Part shown: in pieces, positions 52,093 through 64,000 of the stretch
Position numbering within the stretch: the stretch's first letter is position 1
How the letters are laid out: the number at the start of each line of letters is the position of its first letter
Assembly (NCBI GenBank): GCA_951406725.2
Contig: OX597826.1
Location: forward strand, 11,160,001-11,224,000
Direction of reading: 5' to 3'
DNA: 64,000 nucleotides
Source of the DNA: Octopus vulgaris
Lineage: Eukaryota
The notes under the pieces: generated by a model
The model's input: the letters and a program-made list of their open reading frames with translations, nothing else
Databases searched by the model: none
What the model was told of the DNA's origin: nothing
Position numbers and translations under genes: made by a program

Positions 52093-54276
52093 GGGCAAAA
52101 TTACCGACGATAAAAAGTGAACCTTGGCCAAAAGTAGATGTTCCATGGTCAAGACTACACATCGATTACGCTGGTCCCTTAAACGGTTTATACTAATTAG
52201 TGGTAGTAGATAGTTTCTCTAAATGACCAGAAATTTGTAAGTGTAAAAAGCCAACCTCCTCAACTGCAACAAACTTTCTACATGAGCTGTTTGTGAGATT
52301 TGGCGTCCCTGACGCGATAGTGTCTGACAATGGAACGCAATTTGTGTCTTTTGAAATTTTTAAAACGTTCGCTGTAGAACATGTAACTACGGCGCTGAAC
52401 CATCCCAAATCTAACAGACAAGCAGACACTTTGTCGATGCGTTCAAGAGAGCCCTAAGAAAGTCGAATAAGGAAGTCACGGATGAGGTAGCTCTACAACA
52501 ATTCTTAAGCGTATACCACCGTGTGACACCAAATCCAAACACACCAGTAGGTATTCCACCAGTGGAGCTGATGTTTGCGAGGAAAATAAAATCAGTCTTC
52601 GACAAATTGCTGACTGGTAAGAAAAGAAAAACTGCAATGGATAACACAGCAAGATATTTCAAAATGGATGAAAATGTATTTGTTAGGGCATATAAGAACG
52701 GAAAACAAAGTTGGGAAGATAACGTGATTACCAAACGCATAGGAAAAATGCTATATTTGGTTAAAGGAAGAAAAGGGGTATAGAAAAGACACCTGAATCA
52801 AAAAAAAAAAAAGATTCGCTGAGAGCGAACCCAAGAGAATGGAAGAACCAATGGAATGGTTATATGATACACCAATGCAAGTTAATGTGTAACTGTATAA
52901 AAAAGAAACCTAAAAAACGGGAGGTGGGGGTGATGTAAAAATTATTGCTAATAAAAAGGAAATAAATTACACTTTCTAAGAAAAAAAGAAGACTTAAAAG
53001 GGGCTAATAGTAATAATAGAACACCCCTCTCACGTGACGAGTGATATGTTCTAGTCGTTACAAATACTGTGACGTAGAAAGTCGAGGCAGTGTCAGCCGA
53101 GTAGTCAGTCATAGATAAATAGTTGTGTCCTACTTGTCTAACTAACTATACTGCTATACCGGAGTGGGCGTATAACAATCGACAGAGGATTACAACAATA
53201 ATATAGTCCTGCAAATGCCAAAAAAGACAGAAGTATCACTGATGGTATACTCTTGATCATAAAACTGATCGATCAAGGTTAACCTCGGAATAAAAATATA
53301 TCAGGCACATAAAGTGACTGAAATAACCTTTATGTGGTCTATCAATATGCTTGACGTAGCAGTCAAGTCTTCTTCAGCTTACATGATAGCGTCTAGAGAA
53401 AAAAAAGCACAACAACCTTTATAGTTTTATAAATTCCTAAACTGACAGATGTCATAAGTGGAACACTTTTGATCATAAGTCTACTCAAGCTGGGTCCAAA
53501 TAGGGTTAAACAACAACAACAACAAAAACAACAAACAACAACAGTAACGACGGCGACGACAACAACAACAACAACAACAACAACAATAACAATAGCTGTT
53601 TCTATTAAGAACCACAAATTTAATTAATTGCAGAAGTTGATCTCGCGCTTTGAAACTTCGTATAGATATCTATGCCTTTTGATACCAACCCCCTTGAGAC
53701 CTTTCCTGTTTATATGATACAAACTTCCTGTTTTAAATAAAATCTCTCACCAAATTTTCATTTTAATTTATAATCCAAACCTCTGCTTAACGATGACAAA
53801 ATTTCGGAGTTATACTTCTCTGGCAAATGATCTGCGACCGTGTGTTAAACCATTTAAAAACACAAGTGTTAACTTCACAGCAACACTTCGATTGTCTGTC
53901 AACGATAGCTTGTATGGACATTTCTAGATTTTCATATCGTCTTCCAAACTTTTGTCCTCATAAATTCAGAATGTCTCTACATGGCTAGAAATAACACGCA
54001 GCCAAATTTACCTGCCTATCACATTAAAAGAGACAATATGGTCTACGCGTAAGATAAAACTTCTCTTTATTTATTTATCATTTGGTGTCACTGACGAGAT
54101 TCCATTGAGTTGTAGTTGATCCGATTCAGTCACCAGGTGGCAGCTGGTGCAACGAAAATTTTTACGCCATCTGATAAATGTTTAAGGGAAGCCAACAGTT
54201 TTTGCGTGGTATTGAATGGTTAATACGTAACTTACACGCTGTTGGGACAAAATTATTTTACTAAATTCTTCTATAT

Positions 54277-54466
54277 GGTCGCAGGCGTAGCTATGCGGTG
54301 AAAAGCTTGCTTCACATCTACATAGTTCCGGGTTCAGTCCCACTGTATGGTTCCTTGGGAAAGTGCCTTCTACCATAGCCTCGAGCAGACTAAAGTCTTG
54401 TGTGAGTGGATTTGAAAGAAGCCCCTCGTACACACACTTATATAGTTATACATGTGTGTGTGTTTA
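54277..54466 (+). mobile_element. Diverged SINE-B 5' part
   Basis: gttccgggttcagtcccactg..ccttgggaaagtg..gtgagtggatttg. Confidence 0.8.
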
Positions 54467-54474
54467 TGATTGTC

Positions 54475-54894
54475 GGATTTTTTCGGTTTGAACGGCAGTT
54501 TTTTAAAAATAATTTCTAGGTAACCAAACACTTTTAAACTTCGTATACTGGTAGAATGTGTTTATAAAACATCTTTTTCTCTTGGCTATATTGAGAAAAG
54601 TCTATAGTTTGTAAGATATTTGTTGTTTTCTTTCTTCAATTTCTGCAATTTCAACCAATCACTGACGTCTATTGAGGTAAAAAACACATTCTGTGCCGTA
54701 TGAATATGTCCCTCGTATAAGAAACAGATTGGGTTTATTTACATTTGTGAAGAAGAAAAGATACCCTTCCCCCACCCCTAACCCTAACCCTAAAATAGAT
54801 TGAAATGCAATAGATCGATTCTAGGGTCATAATTATGGGTGACAATTTCATATGACACCACTAGAAAAAACTGCCGTTCAAACCGAAAAGATCC
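54475..54894. mobile_element. Non-autonomous DNA transposon, 30-bp TIR, 8-bp TSD (Merlin-like GG..CC termini)
   Basis: TIR ggat[t/c]ttttcggtttgaacggcagtttttt matches 29/30; TSD tgattgtc/tgactgtc; internal (CCCTAA)3. Confidence 0.85.
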
Positions 54895-55814
54895 TGACTG
54901 TCTACCACCACCATTTGTTTTCTTATCATTTCGACCTCGGTGGAATCTGAACTCAGAACATAAAGAGATTAAAAAATGCCGCTAGTATTTTATCCGTCGC
55001 AGTAACGATTCTGCCTTTAGAATATGTATGATACTATTTGACAAAATATAGTTGATACTCAGAGTGGATGCTAGTGTTTAACTTTTGCAGGTCATGTCGA
55101 GTATACCTATGATGAAAGACAAACTAATGAGACCATCCCAGCTTTTCGGATATCAGGCACAAGTAGATTGGTGAAATGAACCGGTCTCTATTGAAGACGC
55201 CAAAATGTGATTTGGAAGATTTGCTGCGATTTCTTGCATGCGGGCGACCGCTAACACAACCCCTCGTTCGTATAAGATTGACATTTAAGACCAGAAGAAA
55301 AACACAAAGCTATGACTCACGCACACTCATATACACATACGTACAAGCATGGACATGCACACACACACACACACGCACAAGCACACACACTTATACACAC
55401 ATATAATCACACGGTCATACGACATGATCTTCCGTTCCTTTGACTTATTGCTTTAGCCTTCATGACTAAGGTCATGGTACAGTACCGCCTTCATATACAT
55501 ACATGCATACATACATCATACATACACGCATACACATACATACATGCATAAATACATATACATATATAAATATGTACATACATAGACATATAAAAGCATA
55601 CATATATCCAGGCACATGCACACACATACGTCTCTGTATCTCTTACTCTTTCCATCTCTCTCTCTCTGCATATTTATATGTGCATACATAAATATACGTT
55701 TGTATGCATATATGTATGCACGCATATACGAATGTGTGTATATACATTTACGTATAAAAAAATATATATATGTATGAATGTATGTATATATATACATATT
55801 TATATATGTATATT

Positions 55815-56036
55815 TATATTGCATATATATGTATATTTATATACATATATATATATATATATATAAATATATATATATATGTATGTTTGCCTATGCAGAT
55901 ACAAAGATATTTCCAATTGAGAAATAGATAGATAGAAAGATAGATAGATAACTTGACAGACAGATAGATAGACAAAGAGATAGATAAATAGGTAGGGTTA
56001 AAGACCGATAAGCAGATATATAGATAACTGTAAACA
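55815..56036 (+). repeat. Local duplicate of 58543-58732
   Basis: Shared cagatacaaa.atatttccaattgagaaatagatag..agggttaaagaccgataagcagatata. Confidence 0.85.
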
Positions 56037-56455
56037 CGAAATAAACGCAATGAAAGACCAACACTTCCTAAAACTCTTTCTCGGAATCTATAAATCTGAT
56101 AGAATAAAACGAATGAAAAATAAAAAAAAAAAGAACATTTAATAAAAAGAAATGTTAAGTTGAGATTAGTTTAATCAAAATGAAATGAATGGAGCTAAGG
56201 AGAATGTGAAGAGGAAAAAAACACACACAAAATAGAAATGAAATGATGTGAAATGACTGCTAAAGCCTCAACAAAAATCAGTTATCAAAACATGGCCGAC
56301 GTTGTCGTAAAATAAAAGTAAAAAATAATAATGTAATGTATAATGATATTGGCGTTTTCTCTCTTATTCAAGAAGCTGTCAAGCGCAGTGGTATAAATAC
56401 ATCGCAGGACTGAAGACGATGAAGAAAACGGAGAAGTGGAAATATATACATATAC

Positions 56456-56526
<71 letters not shown>

Positions 56527-57524
56527 AGGAGTAGAGGACGAGGGAGACAGCTAAAATACGAACGGCAATAACAAGAAAAAAGAGAAACAAAATTAAAAAT
56601 AAACTACAAAGAAAAAAAACTAAAAGAAGGAAAAAATAAAGTTGAAATGGTATTACCGTAGGTGAGAATCTATAACGGCCTATGGTATGAAAATTGAGAA
56701 AGAAATAAAAGATCGCGGCATTCGTTGAATAAAGCGCTCGTTAAAAAGGGATGTATTAAACGAAGACATCTATTTCAGCTACTGCCATATTTGTCTGTTT
56801 ATAAAAAGCCTTTTTGCAGATTCTACATTTATTTGTCTCTTTCGTTCTGTTTGCCTGTTTGTTCGAGAATCATACGTCTGCTTTAATATACGGTTTTAAC
56901 AGCTCAGATATGTCATATACTTGTCTCTTAACATATCGGAGCGTGCTGTTATGTTTAATGATAGCATAATGTCTATCCATAAGTGTATTCTAGCTAAGAA
57001 TTTTATGTACACACATACATACACATTTGAATACACCAACACATCACATACACACGTACAAACATACTTACATATTTACATACATTTATCACAGGCAATA
57101 AACATACACAGATTCTAACACATACTTATGTAGTTAAAATTTACATATACACTTATGTCTGTATTAATTATGCATTTCAATGGGAATACATTTATATTTA
57201 TACAACCCACTGATATACATACATTCATATTTGTGTGTGAGTGTGTGTATGTGTTTTCAATTATATATAAAAATAGCAAATGTTACTAAATAAAAGAATA
57301 AATATGACTGTTTTTTTAAACTACTTTTTAAAGTGTTTCTATGTAGATACATACACACATGCACAGACTCGCACACAAACACATATTTATGGGCGTAGAC
57401 GTGGTTGCGTGGTTAGGAGTTTCGTTTCATAAGCACTGCATTACACGTCTTGGATATGTATTTTCTGCCATAGTTTGACTGTGTCTATTGTGGCATTTGA
57501 ATCCAGGCATTTGAACACAAGTGC

Positions 57525-57890
57525 TTTAGAAAGCTGCTACGCATCCCGTGTACACAGAACACAGAACGAAGAACTTTCCCAGGTAGCAACTCAACAAACA
57601 CACTGGCAGACAGGAACCACTCATGCGCAGGTAAAACAGACGAAACCTGGTCTATTTTACCTGGTATGGTTACGTATCCTGCTACAAATTCCTTCCAAGA
57701 CTACTCTTCAGGGCAAAACCTAAAGAGGGCAACAGGGAGGCAGATAGAAAATCCTGATTTGACTACATCAAAGATTGGACAAATCTCACCATCACTTCCT
57801 TGCTGCATATAACAGAGAGCAGAAACCAGCCGCGACGGCTGACTGCATTGGGGTCTAGAGCGACACTCCAACGACTGACCGCACCAGTCG
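57525..57890 (+). mobile_element. Decayed RTE LINE 3' end
   Basis: Fragments YTEHR, GRQEPL..QVK, SKTTLQG, DYIKDWT and PQR are typical of the RTE C-terminus. Confidence 0.7.
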
Positions 57891-58054
57891 AAAGAAAACT
57901 TGACAAATGATGAATTATAGTTTGATATTGACCAGTGAATCGTTAGAGCATTGAATAAAATACTCTTCGCTATTTATTTCGGACCTTATGAGCTCAAATA
58001 CCACTCAAGTCGCGCCAAGATAAACTTTGCACTTCGTCCTTTCCGCTAATAAAG

Positions 58055-58172
58055 AAGTCTTTCTACGGTCATAGCCTTTCTCTTTGGACTGCCAGACTCT
58101 GGAATCCTCTTCCGTCTCATTGCTGTCCTTCTTCTTATGACCTGAACTATTTCAATTCCAAAGTAAATCCAT
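58055..58172 (+). mobile_element. CR1/L2/Jockey-group LINE C-terminal remnant
   Basis: [36 protein letters not shown]. Confidence 0.65.
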
Positions 58173-58209
58173 CCCGTTCGTTTTAACTTCTCCTTCATAG
58201 ACCGTTACA

Positions 58210-58454
<245 letters not shown>

Positions 58455-58937
58455 CCCCCTCTCTCTCTAACTATCTATCTATCTGTCAATCTATCTATCC
58501 AGATAGATAGACAGATAGACATATGTATATGTATATACATATATATTGCATATATATGTATATTTATATACATATATATGCATGTATGCCTATACAGATA
58601 CAAATATATTTCCAATTGAGAAATAGATAGATAGAGAGATAGATAACTTCACAGACAAATAGACAGACAAAGAGATAGATAAATAGGAAGGGTTAAAGAC
58701 CGATAAGCAGATATACAGATAACTATAAACACCGATTTTTGCTAACGCATTGTAGCGCTCAGATCTTTTCAAACCACAAACTTCAGATGCAAAACAATGC
58801 CATATTTACTGGAGCACCCTTTTGTCACAGCTATTCTATGTATCCTGAACGCTTGATATCACTACCAACACAGTAAACCAATGGATTCCTTCGTCGATTT
58901 CGACGGTGAACATGAAGATGTTAAATCAGCTAAATTT

Positions 58938-58972
<35 letters not shown>

Positions 58973-59157
58973 GCCAAAGGTAGAGCCCAGTAAATGATGA
59001 CGTTTAAAAAATAGATATATATGCATGTGCGTGTACGCATGCGTGTATATGAAAGTATTTTTTAATTTGTACGTGTACACTTGTATTGGCATACATGCAC
59101 GCCAAACACACACACACACATACACACACAACCACATATATATGTATATGTATATAT

Positions 59158-59207
<50 letters not shown>

Positions 59208-59629
59208 GAATGTATGAATATATAAACATATACACGCACAAAGGCATAATACTCATACACATAAAAATACGCACATATGTATACACAGTCCGAGAAGAAT
59301 CGTTCTAATAGAACGCTTAAATGAAAGCTGAATTTCAATAAAATTCTTTAACATTAAAAATCAATAACATTTCGTCAGACGAACGAAGGTCAAGTGCTAA
59401 ATTCTTAATGTCATGTAATCTTTAATACGTTTCTGTAATCAAATTCTTCATTTTCCGTATATGTGAGTGAATGAAAGATATTTTTCACCCTGTTGTCTTA
59501 TAGTTCATATATAGCATGAAACTGAAGAGTCAAGTACTGTAGTGGAAATATAATAATAACAACAACAACGACAACAATAGTAACAACAACAATACTAATA
59601 ATAATCATAATAATAATAACAATAAAGAG

Positions 59630-59985
59630 GAATTCTTATGGGTGCAAAGATCAATTACACATAAGTAAAATGATTGTAGAGAATTGCCGGAGCAAAAAGA
59701 CCCTGAGTATGTCGTGGATAAACTGCAGGAAAGCCTTTGGTAGTGTCCCACATAATTGGATACTCAAGGCCTTTGAGATATATAAGATCTCTGCTATCAT
59801 CTCCAAATTCTTACAAGGTAGCATGACCAAGTGGGACACACGTCTCGATCTAAACCATAGTAATGGGATTCAAACGAGGCATCTTTCAAGGTGACTCCCT
59901 CTCCCCATTACTCTTTTGCATGGCACTGATCCCACTCTCAAACGAACTAAATAACACCAGGTATGGGTTCAAAGTTTACAATACG
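59630..59985 (+). mobile_element. R4/Dong-like RT fragment
   Basis: KDQLHISKMI, WINCRKAFGSVPHNWI and RGIFQGDSLSPLLFCMALIPLS; preceded by (AAT)n. Confidence 0.85.
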
Positions 59986-60622
59986 AGCCCGAAATGATGA
60001 AAGGTGCATCGTGTCCTTCAACAGGGTGCAAACTTGTTCTCGAACGGTGCACCGTGTCCTCAAGCAAGATACTACATTCATGTTTCCCCAATCCACTTTG
60101 CTAAAATTAGGTACCAGCAGCAGCAGCAGCAGCAGCAGCAGAAGTTGACGCTATCTTTGTCAACCCCGTGACAGGCAGATATTCATCCAGTGTAGAGTGA
60201 AAACATCTTCATGGAAGAAATAGCGGCCATCTAATATCTATTTCCGCTATAGAACAGTCATCTTCATCGACCAAGTTTCCCCATTGACCCCTATATGATG
60301 AAATTATCAATAGTGGACGGATTAAAGGGGGATTTTTCTTTCTGAATTTCAAGTGGTGGGATGAGGCAGCTGGATTAAATGTTCTGAAGTATTTTGTCCA
60401 GAATCTAGTACAACTTCCACGTCACTGTCACTGTCTGCCATTTTGATTATGCGATATATTAACCTCCTTTCCCAACGATCAAATAAAAGTCATTATAATG
60501 GAAGATGCACCCTACACGCTAGTGTCTAGAGCAGTGGTTTATTCAGGAGGACCGTTATGGCCATTGAATGTCTACAAGTTCCTATGATATTTTTATGATT
60601 AAATATTATTAGGAATTGTATT

Positions 60623-61728
60623 TACTCTTTTACTTGTTTCAGTCATTTGACTGTGACCATGCTGGAGCACTGCCTTTTTAGTCGAGCAAATTGACCCCAG
60701 TCATCATCATTGTTCGACCGTGGTCGAGACAATGGAATTTACTATGTTACGCCAGACTTCACGGCCCATCATAGCATTACGGAGGTCCTGTTGCTGGATG
60801 CCTGTATCCCTGGAGATTACATCAGGGTAGGAGAGTGTGCGCCCTCTAGTATTGCGAGTAGATGGCTTCTAGAGGAGAAGAGTAGAAATTACTTCTTTTT
60901 CAGCTCTACAACAATGTCCAGCAAACTGGACTCTCCTACCTTTCACAAGAGATGACACAGGTGGTAGTTTCCCATATATTTGCATTTTGGTTGGATGGCG
61001 CTTCCACGAGAGATTTTGAGCTCTCATAAGGAGGCGAGTGTAGGTTCCAACCAACCGCCTCTCAAGCTTCTTTGATAACCTCCAGGTTTCTGAGCCATAT
61101 AGTAGAATTGGTTCGACTGTGGCTTTGAATATTTCAAGTTTGAAGTCTCTATTTAGATTTGATGACCAGATCTTATGCATGTCATTACAGGCTGACCAGG
61201 CCATACCCTTTCTAGTTAGAAAGTCTTTTCCAGATGATGATATGTATGACCCAAGATATTTATAATCAGAAACCATATTTAAAGGCGCACTGTTGAGAGT
61301 ATGGATGATGCAATCACTGTTGGACAGGCACTTGTTTATGTATTCAGTTTTGGCCTCATTGAGGTAAAGACCTACACAATTTGAGGCTTGTTCAAGAGAT
61401 TGTAAAAGAGACTGGGCATTGGAGAGAGAATCACTGATAAGAGCGATGTCGTCAGCAAAGTCAGTGTCTGTCAAGTACTCAGCTGGGTGTCTGGAACTTC
61501 TTCTTGGTTTTATTTCAAAGCCCTTGCCAGAGATGGTATCAACTGACATACGTAGCACATAATAAACAACAATGATGAAGAGAAATGGGGCGAGTGTGTC
61601 TCCCCCCAGTACTTATTCTTTGTAAGCCTAGTACATATTCTATCAGTCTCTTTTGCCGAACTGCTAAGTCCAAGGGACGTAAAAACACCACCATCGGTTG
61701 TCTAGCGATGTTGGGGGGACAAACACAT

Positions 61729-61761
<33 letters not shown>

Positions 61762-61952
61762 TATATATATATATATATATACATATATACGACGGGCTTC
61801 TTTCAGTTTCCGTCTACCAAATCCACACACAAGGCTTTGGTCGCCCGAGGCTATAGTTGAAGATACTTGCCCAAGGTGCCCCGCAGTGGGAATGAATCCG
61901 GAACTATGTGGTTGGTAAGCAAGCTACTTACCACGCAGCCACTCCTGCGCCT
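60623..61952 (-). mobile_element. SINE-B split by an RTE insertion (60623-60701 plus 61604-61952)
   Basis: The two halves join seamlessly at the duplicated ccccagt. Confidence 0.9.
60702..61603 (-). mobile_element. 5'-truncated RTE-clade LINE (RT ORF 60869-61558)
   Basis: GDTLAPFLF, LTDTDFADDIAL, YKYLGS and LLYGSETW; (TGA)n tail; TSD ccccagt at 60695-60701 and 61604-61610. Confidence 0.93.
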
Positions 61953-64000
61953 TAAATGCTTAAATATTTTGCGTATTGTAGAAATATAACCAATTTATTG
62001 CACATACATTTTAACAACGAAATCTTATATGGACTCCCAAGGGCCATATAGATCCCCAAGGGCCATATGGACTCCCAAGAGCCGTATAGACTCCGATTGA
62101 GAACCACTGCTCAAGAGAGATGATAGTTAAAATAGAGTTAAGTTTTACAATATTTAAATTCGAAATCTAATAGATATAATGATGACAGTCAGTGTGACGT
62201 AAGTTCCTAGTGAAAAGAATTGGCAACTAATTTTGATTCTCTGTTTTATGTATTTCATGCACTGAGTTAAATAATGAGTATGCGCATGGCATAAGCGTCA
62301 CTCTTCCTCTTTCGCTATCTCCAAAGCTAATAATATTGATCAGCCGTTGATGAAGAATACTTATCAGTCATCATGAAATCATGAAAGATCAAATAATTGA
62401 CTCTGTTTATTACAGTAACGAATGGAATAATTAATATTTATCCTAATCCTTTTCAATTACTTCAGCACTCAAATTATCTCAGACATGTCCGAAGCCTCTG
62501 TCTACATAACATATCGATTGAATATTATATTAATTTACAATGAAAGCCTCAAACACATTCAGCTTTATTCATATCCGTTAAAAGCCCAGTTAGGCTTTGC
62601 AACCAGTCACGACAAGCTACATATTTCACGCTGAACATAAGAACATGATTGAAATATTAAATAAATTCAATATGATGTAAGCCATTATTCCATTATGATC
62701 TAAATTATATAAATTTATCGCTTATAGAAGTACGCCATCCTCATGACAAACGACAGTTAACATTAAACTGTAATTAAAAATATTTATGTAGTGAAGAAAG
62801 AAAGAACATTAGTTCAATAATTAATATTACATTAAGGAAATACAGGAGACACTTCTGGGCATTCTTCGGCTTTATTGGTTCTTTTATTAGATCTTATCAA
62901 CTTTTACCAGTCTCTTGTTTATCCCCTGTTAGACCTGGACAAGCAGACCTATAACCAACAGCATTGCATCCCTGAATATCGCGTCATATTTCAGGTATTG
63001 CGTATCCAGGCCATTACAATTCAATGTGTCTTAACGATAACAGGAAGTATTTTGAGGTAGATTTAGTTGATACTTGTACCAGGGGAAGCAATTACGAAAA
63101 TGCTTCCCCGTTGCCCCAGGGTTTGTCAATGTTCGGTCTACAGATGATCTAGACTTCGATTATAATACTTCAGCAGACATCGGACATAACGACAGAGCTG
63201 GCTGGGCTCTATAAAATCTTACCTCATTTCCCTTCTTGTAGTGGCAACATTTGCGAAGGCAGACAGAGCATAAAAGACATCTTCATCTTGGCAATCGAAT
63301 CTATGAAGGTATTAACAACTGGTGATTTCCAGGGCAACACCAACAATGTTAAGACTGAATGCAGCATCGTATTACTTAGACAACAAATACTGGACAGTAA
63401 GGGGAGAAATGTGCACACCCTATACATAGTCTAAAGAGACTAATAAAAATAACTTGAGAGTAGGTGCGAAAGTCTTGAATAATTACTCTGCTGGATCAAT
63501 TTAAATAAACTGAACGAGAAACATCATATCAGCAGAAATTTATACTTAGTTATATATCCTACAATTTACAAGAAAACCAACGACATTGACAGAAATAGTA
63601 GCCTCTCCTGGACATTTGAGATACGTCTTTATTTAGAAAATAGCTACAAAATACCTGATTCATAAAAAGGATAAGGATGATGTTAAGCCACCACTATCAT
63701 AGGATAGAAATTATCGACTGTATTATACTAGCATTAGCTTCCTGAAATTTCCCACAAATTAAAACCTTTCTATGAGATATAACATTGCTACTAAACGTAC
63801 TTACAATGCTATCTGCAAGAAGCGTTGGTCTGATAGTCGTAAAAAAAAAACGCATGTGAGAACCAGAACGTATTCACGTCTTTAAAAATAAAATTTACTG
63901 GAGGAACATTCAAATAGAAACAAAGGGTGGAGCGAAGATGATAGAACAGATATGTTTTATGGGAAAGGGAACACCAGTTGTACAGTAATATTTTAATCAT

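Larger units (their letters stand above)
51145..53197 (+). mobile_element. Internally deleted Gypsy (Mag-like) LTR retrotransposon
   Basis: LTRs 51145-51347 and 52931-53197 (TG..CA); TSD ataat; PBS tggcgatcagga; PPT gggaggtggggg. Integrase motifs HVGYPGISRMK..WP, PWSRLHIDYAGP and FGVPDAIVSDNGTQF with stops. Confidence 0.9.
60532..62109. mobile_element. hAT/Charlie-like MITE, outer layer of a nest
   Basis: Termini cagtggtt / aaccactg; diverged 8-bp TSD gtctagag/ctcaagag; ~19-bp subterminal tandem at 62026-62095. Confidence 0.65.

Noticed and set aside
59320-59385. CTGACGA..GAAA on the minus strand
   Set aside because: Stems I and III do not form
62026-62095. Short regularly spaced repeats (also 51358-51416 and 17485-17540) as a CRISPR-like array
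   Set aside because: Contiguous tandem units without unique spacers, inside TEs, in eukaryotic DNA with no cas genes

Overview
AT-rich, microsatellite-dense eukaryotic intergenic or intronic DNA, most likely an octopus (coleoid cephalopod). The taxon is inferred from the SINE families, repeat load and a divergent 18S fragment. No intact host gene is supported, and almost all listed ORFs are microsatellite or SINE artefacts. The window holds several tRNA-derived SINE families and decayed LINEs (CR1/Jockey-group, Tx1/L1, RTE, R4/Dong). It also has an internally deleted Gypsy LTR element, a Chapaev-like transposase relic, Tigger-, hAT- and Merlin-like MITEs, and 18S and 28S rRNA fragments. The main signal is a set of non-coding repeats sitting in (TA)n tracts that carry hammerhead ribozyme (HHR) motifs. 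These include canonical type I HHRs (571-661; 31051-31136 and 31864-31949 in long inverted arms; a 120-bp perfect palindrome at 46815-46934). One ~800-nt family has four motif copies whose three hammerhead strands lie in a non-canonical reversed order, supported by compensatory base changes. Also notable are a 28S rRNA-SINE chimeric retrocopy inside one TSD and a LINE/SINE pair sharing a covarying 3' stem-loop. All folding and family assignments were made by eye; nothing was searched or computed.
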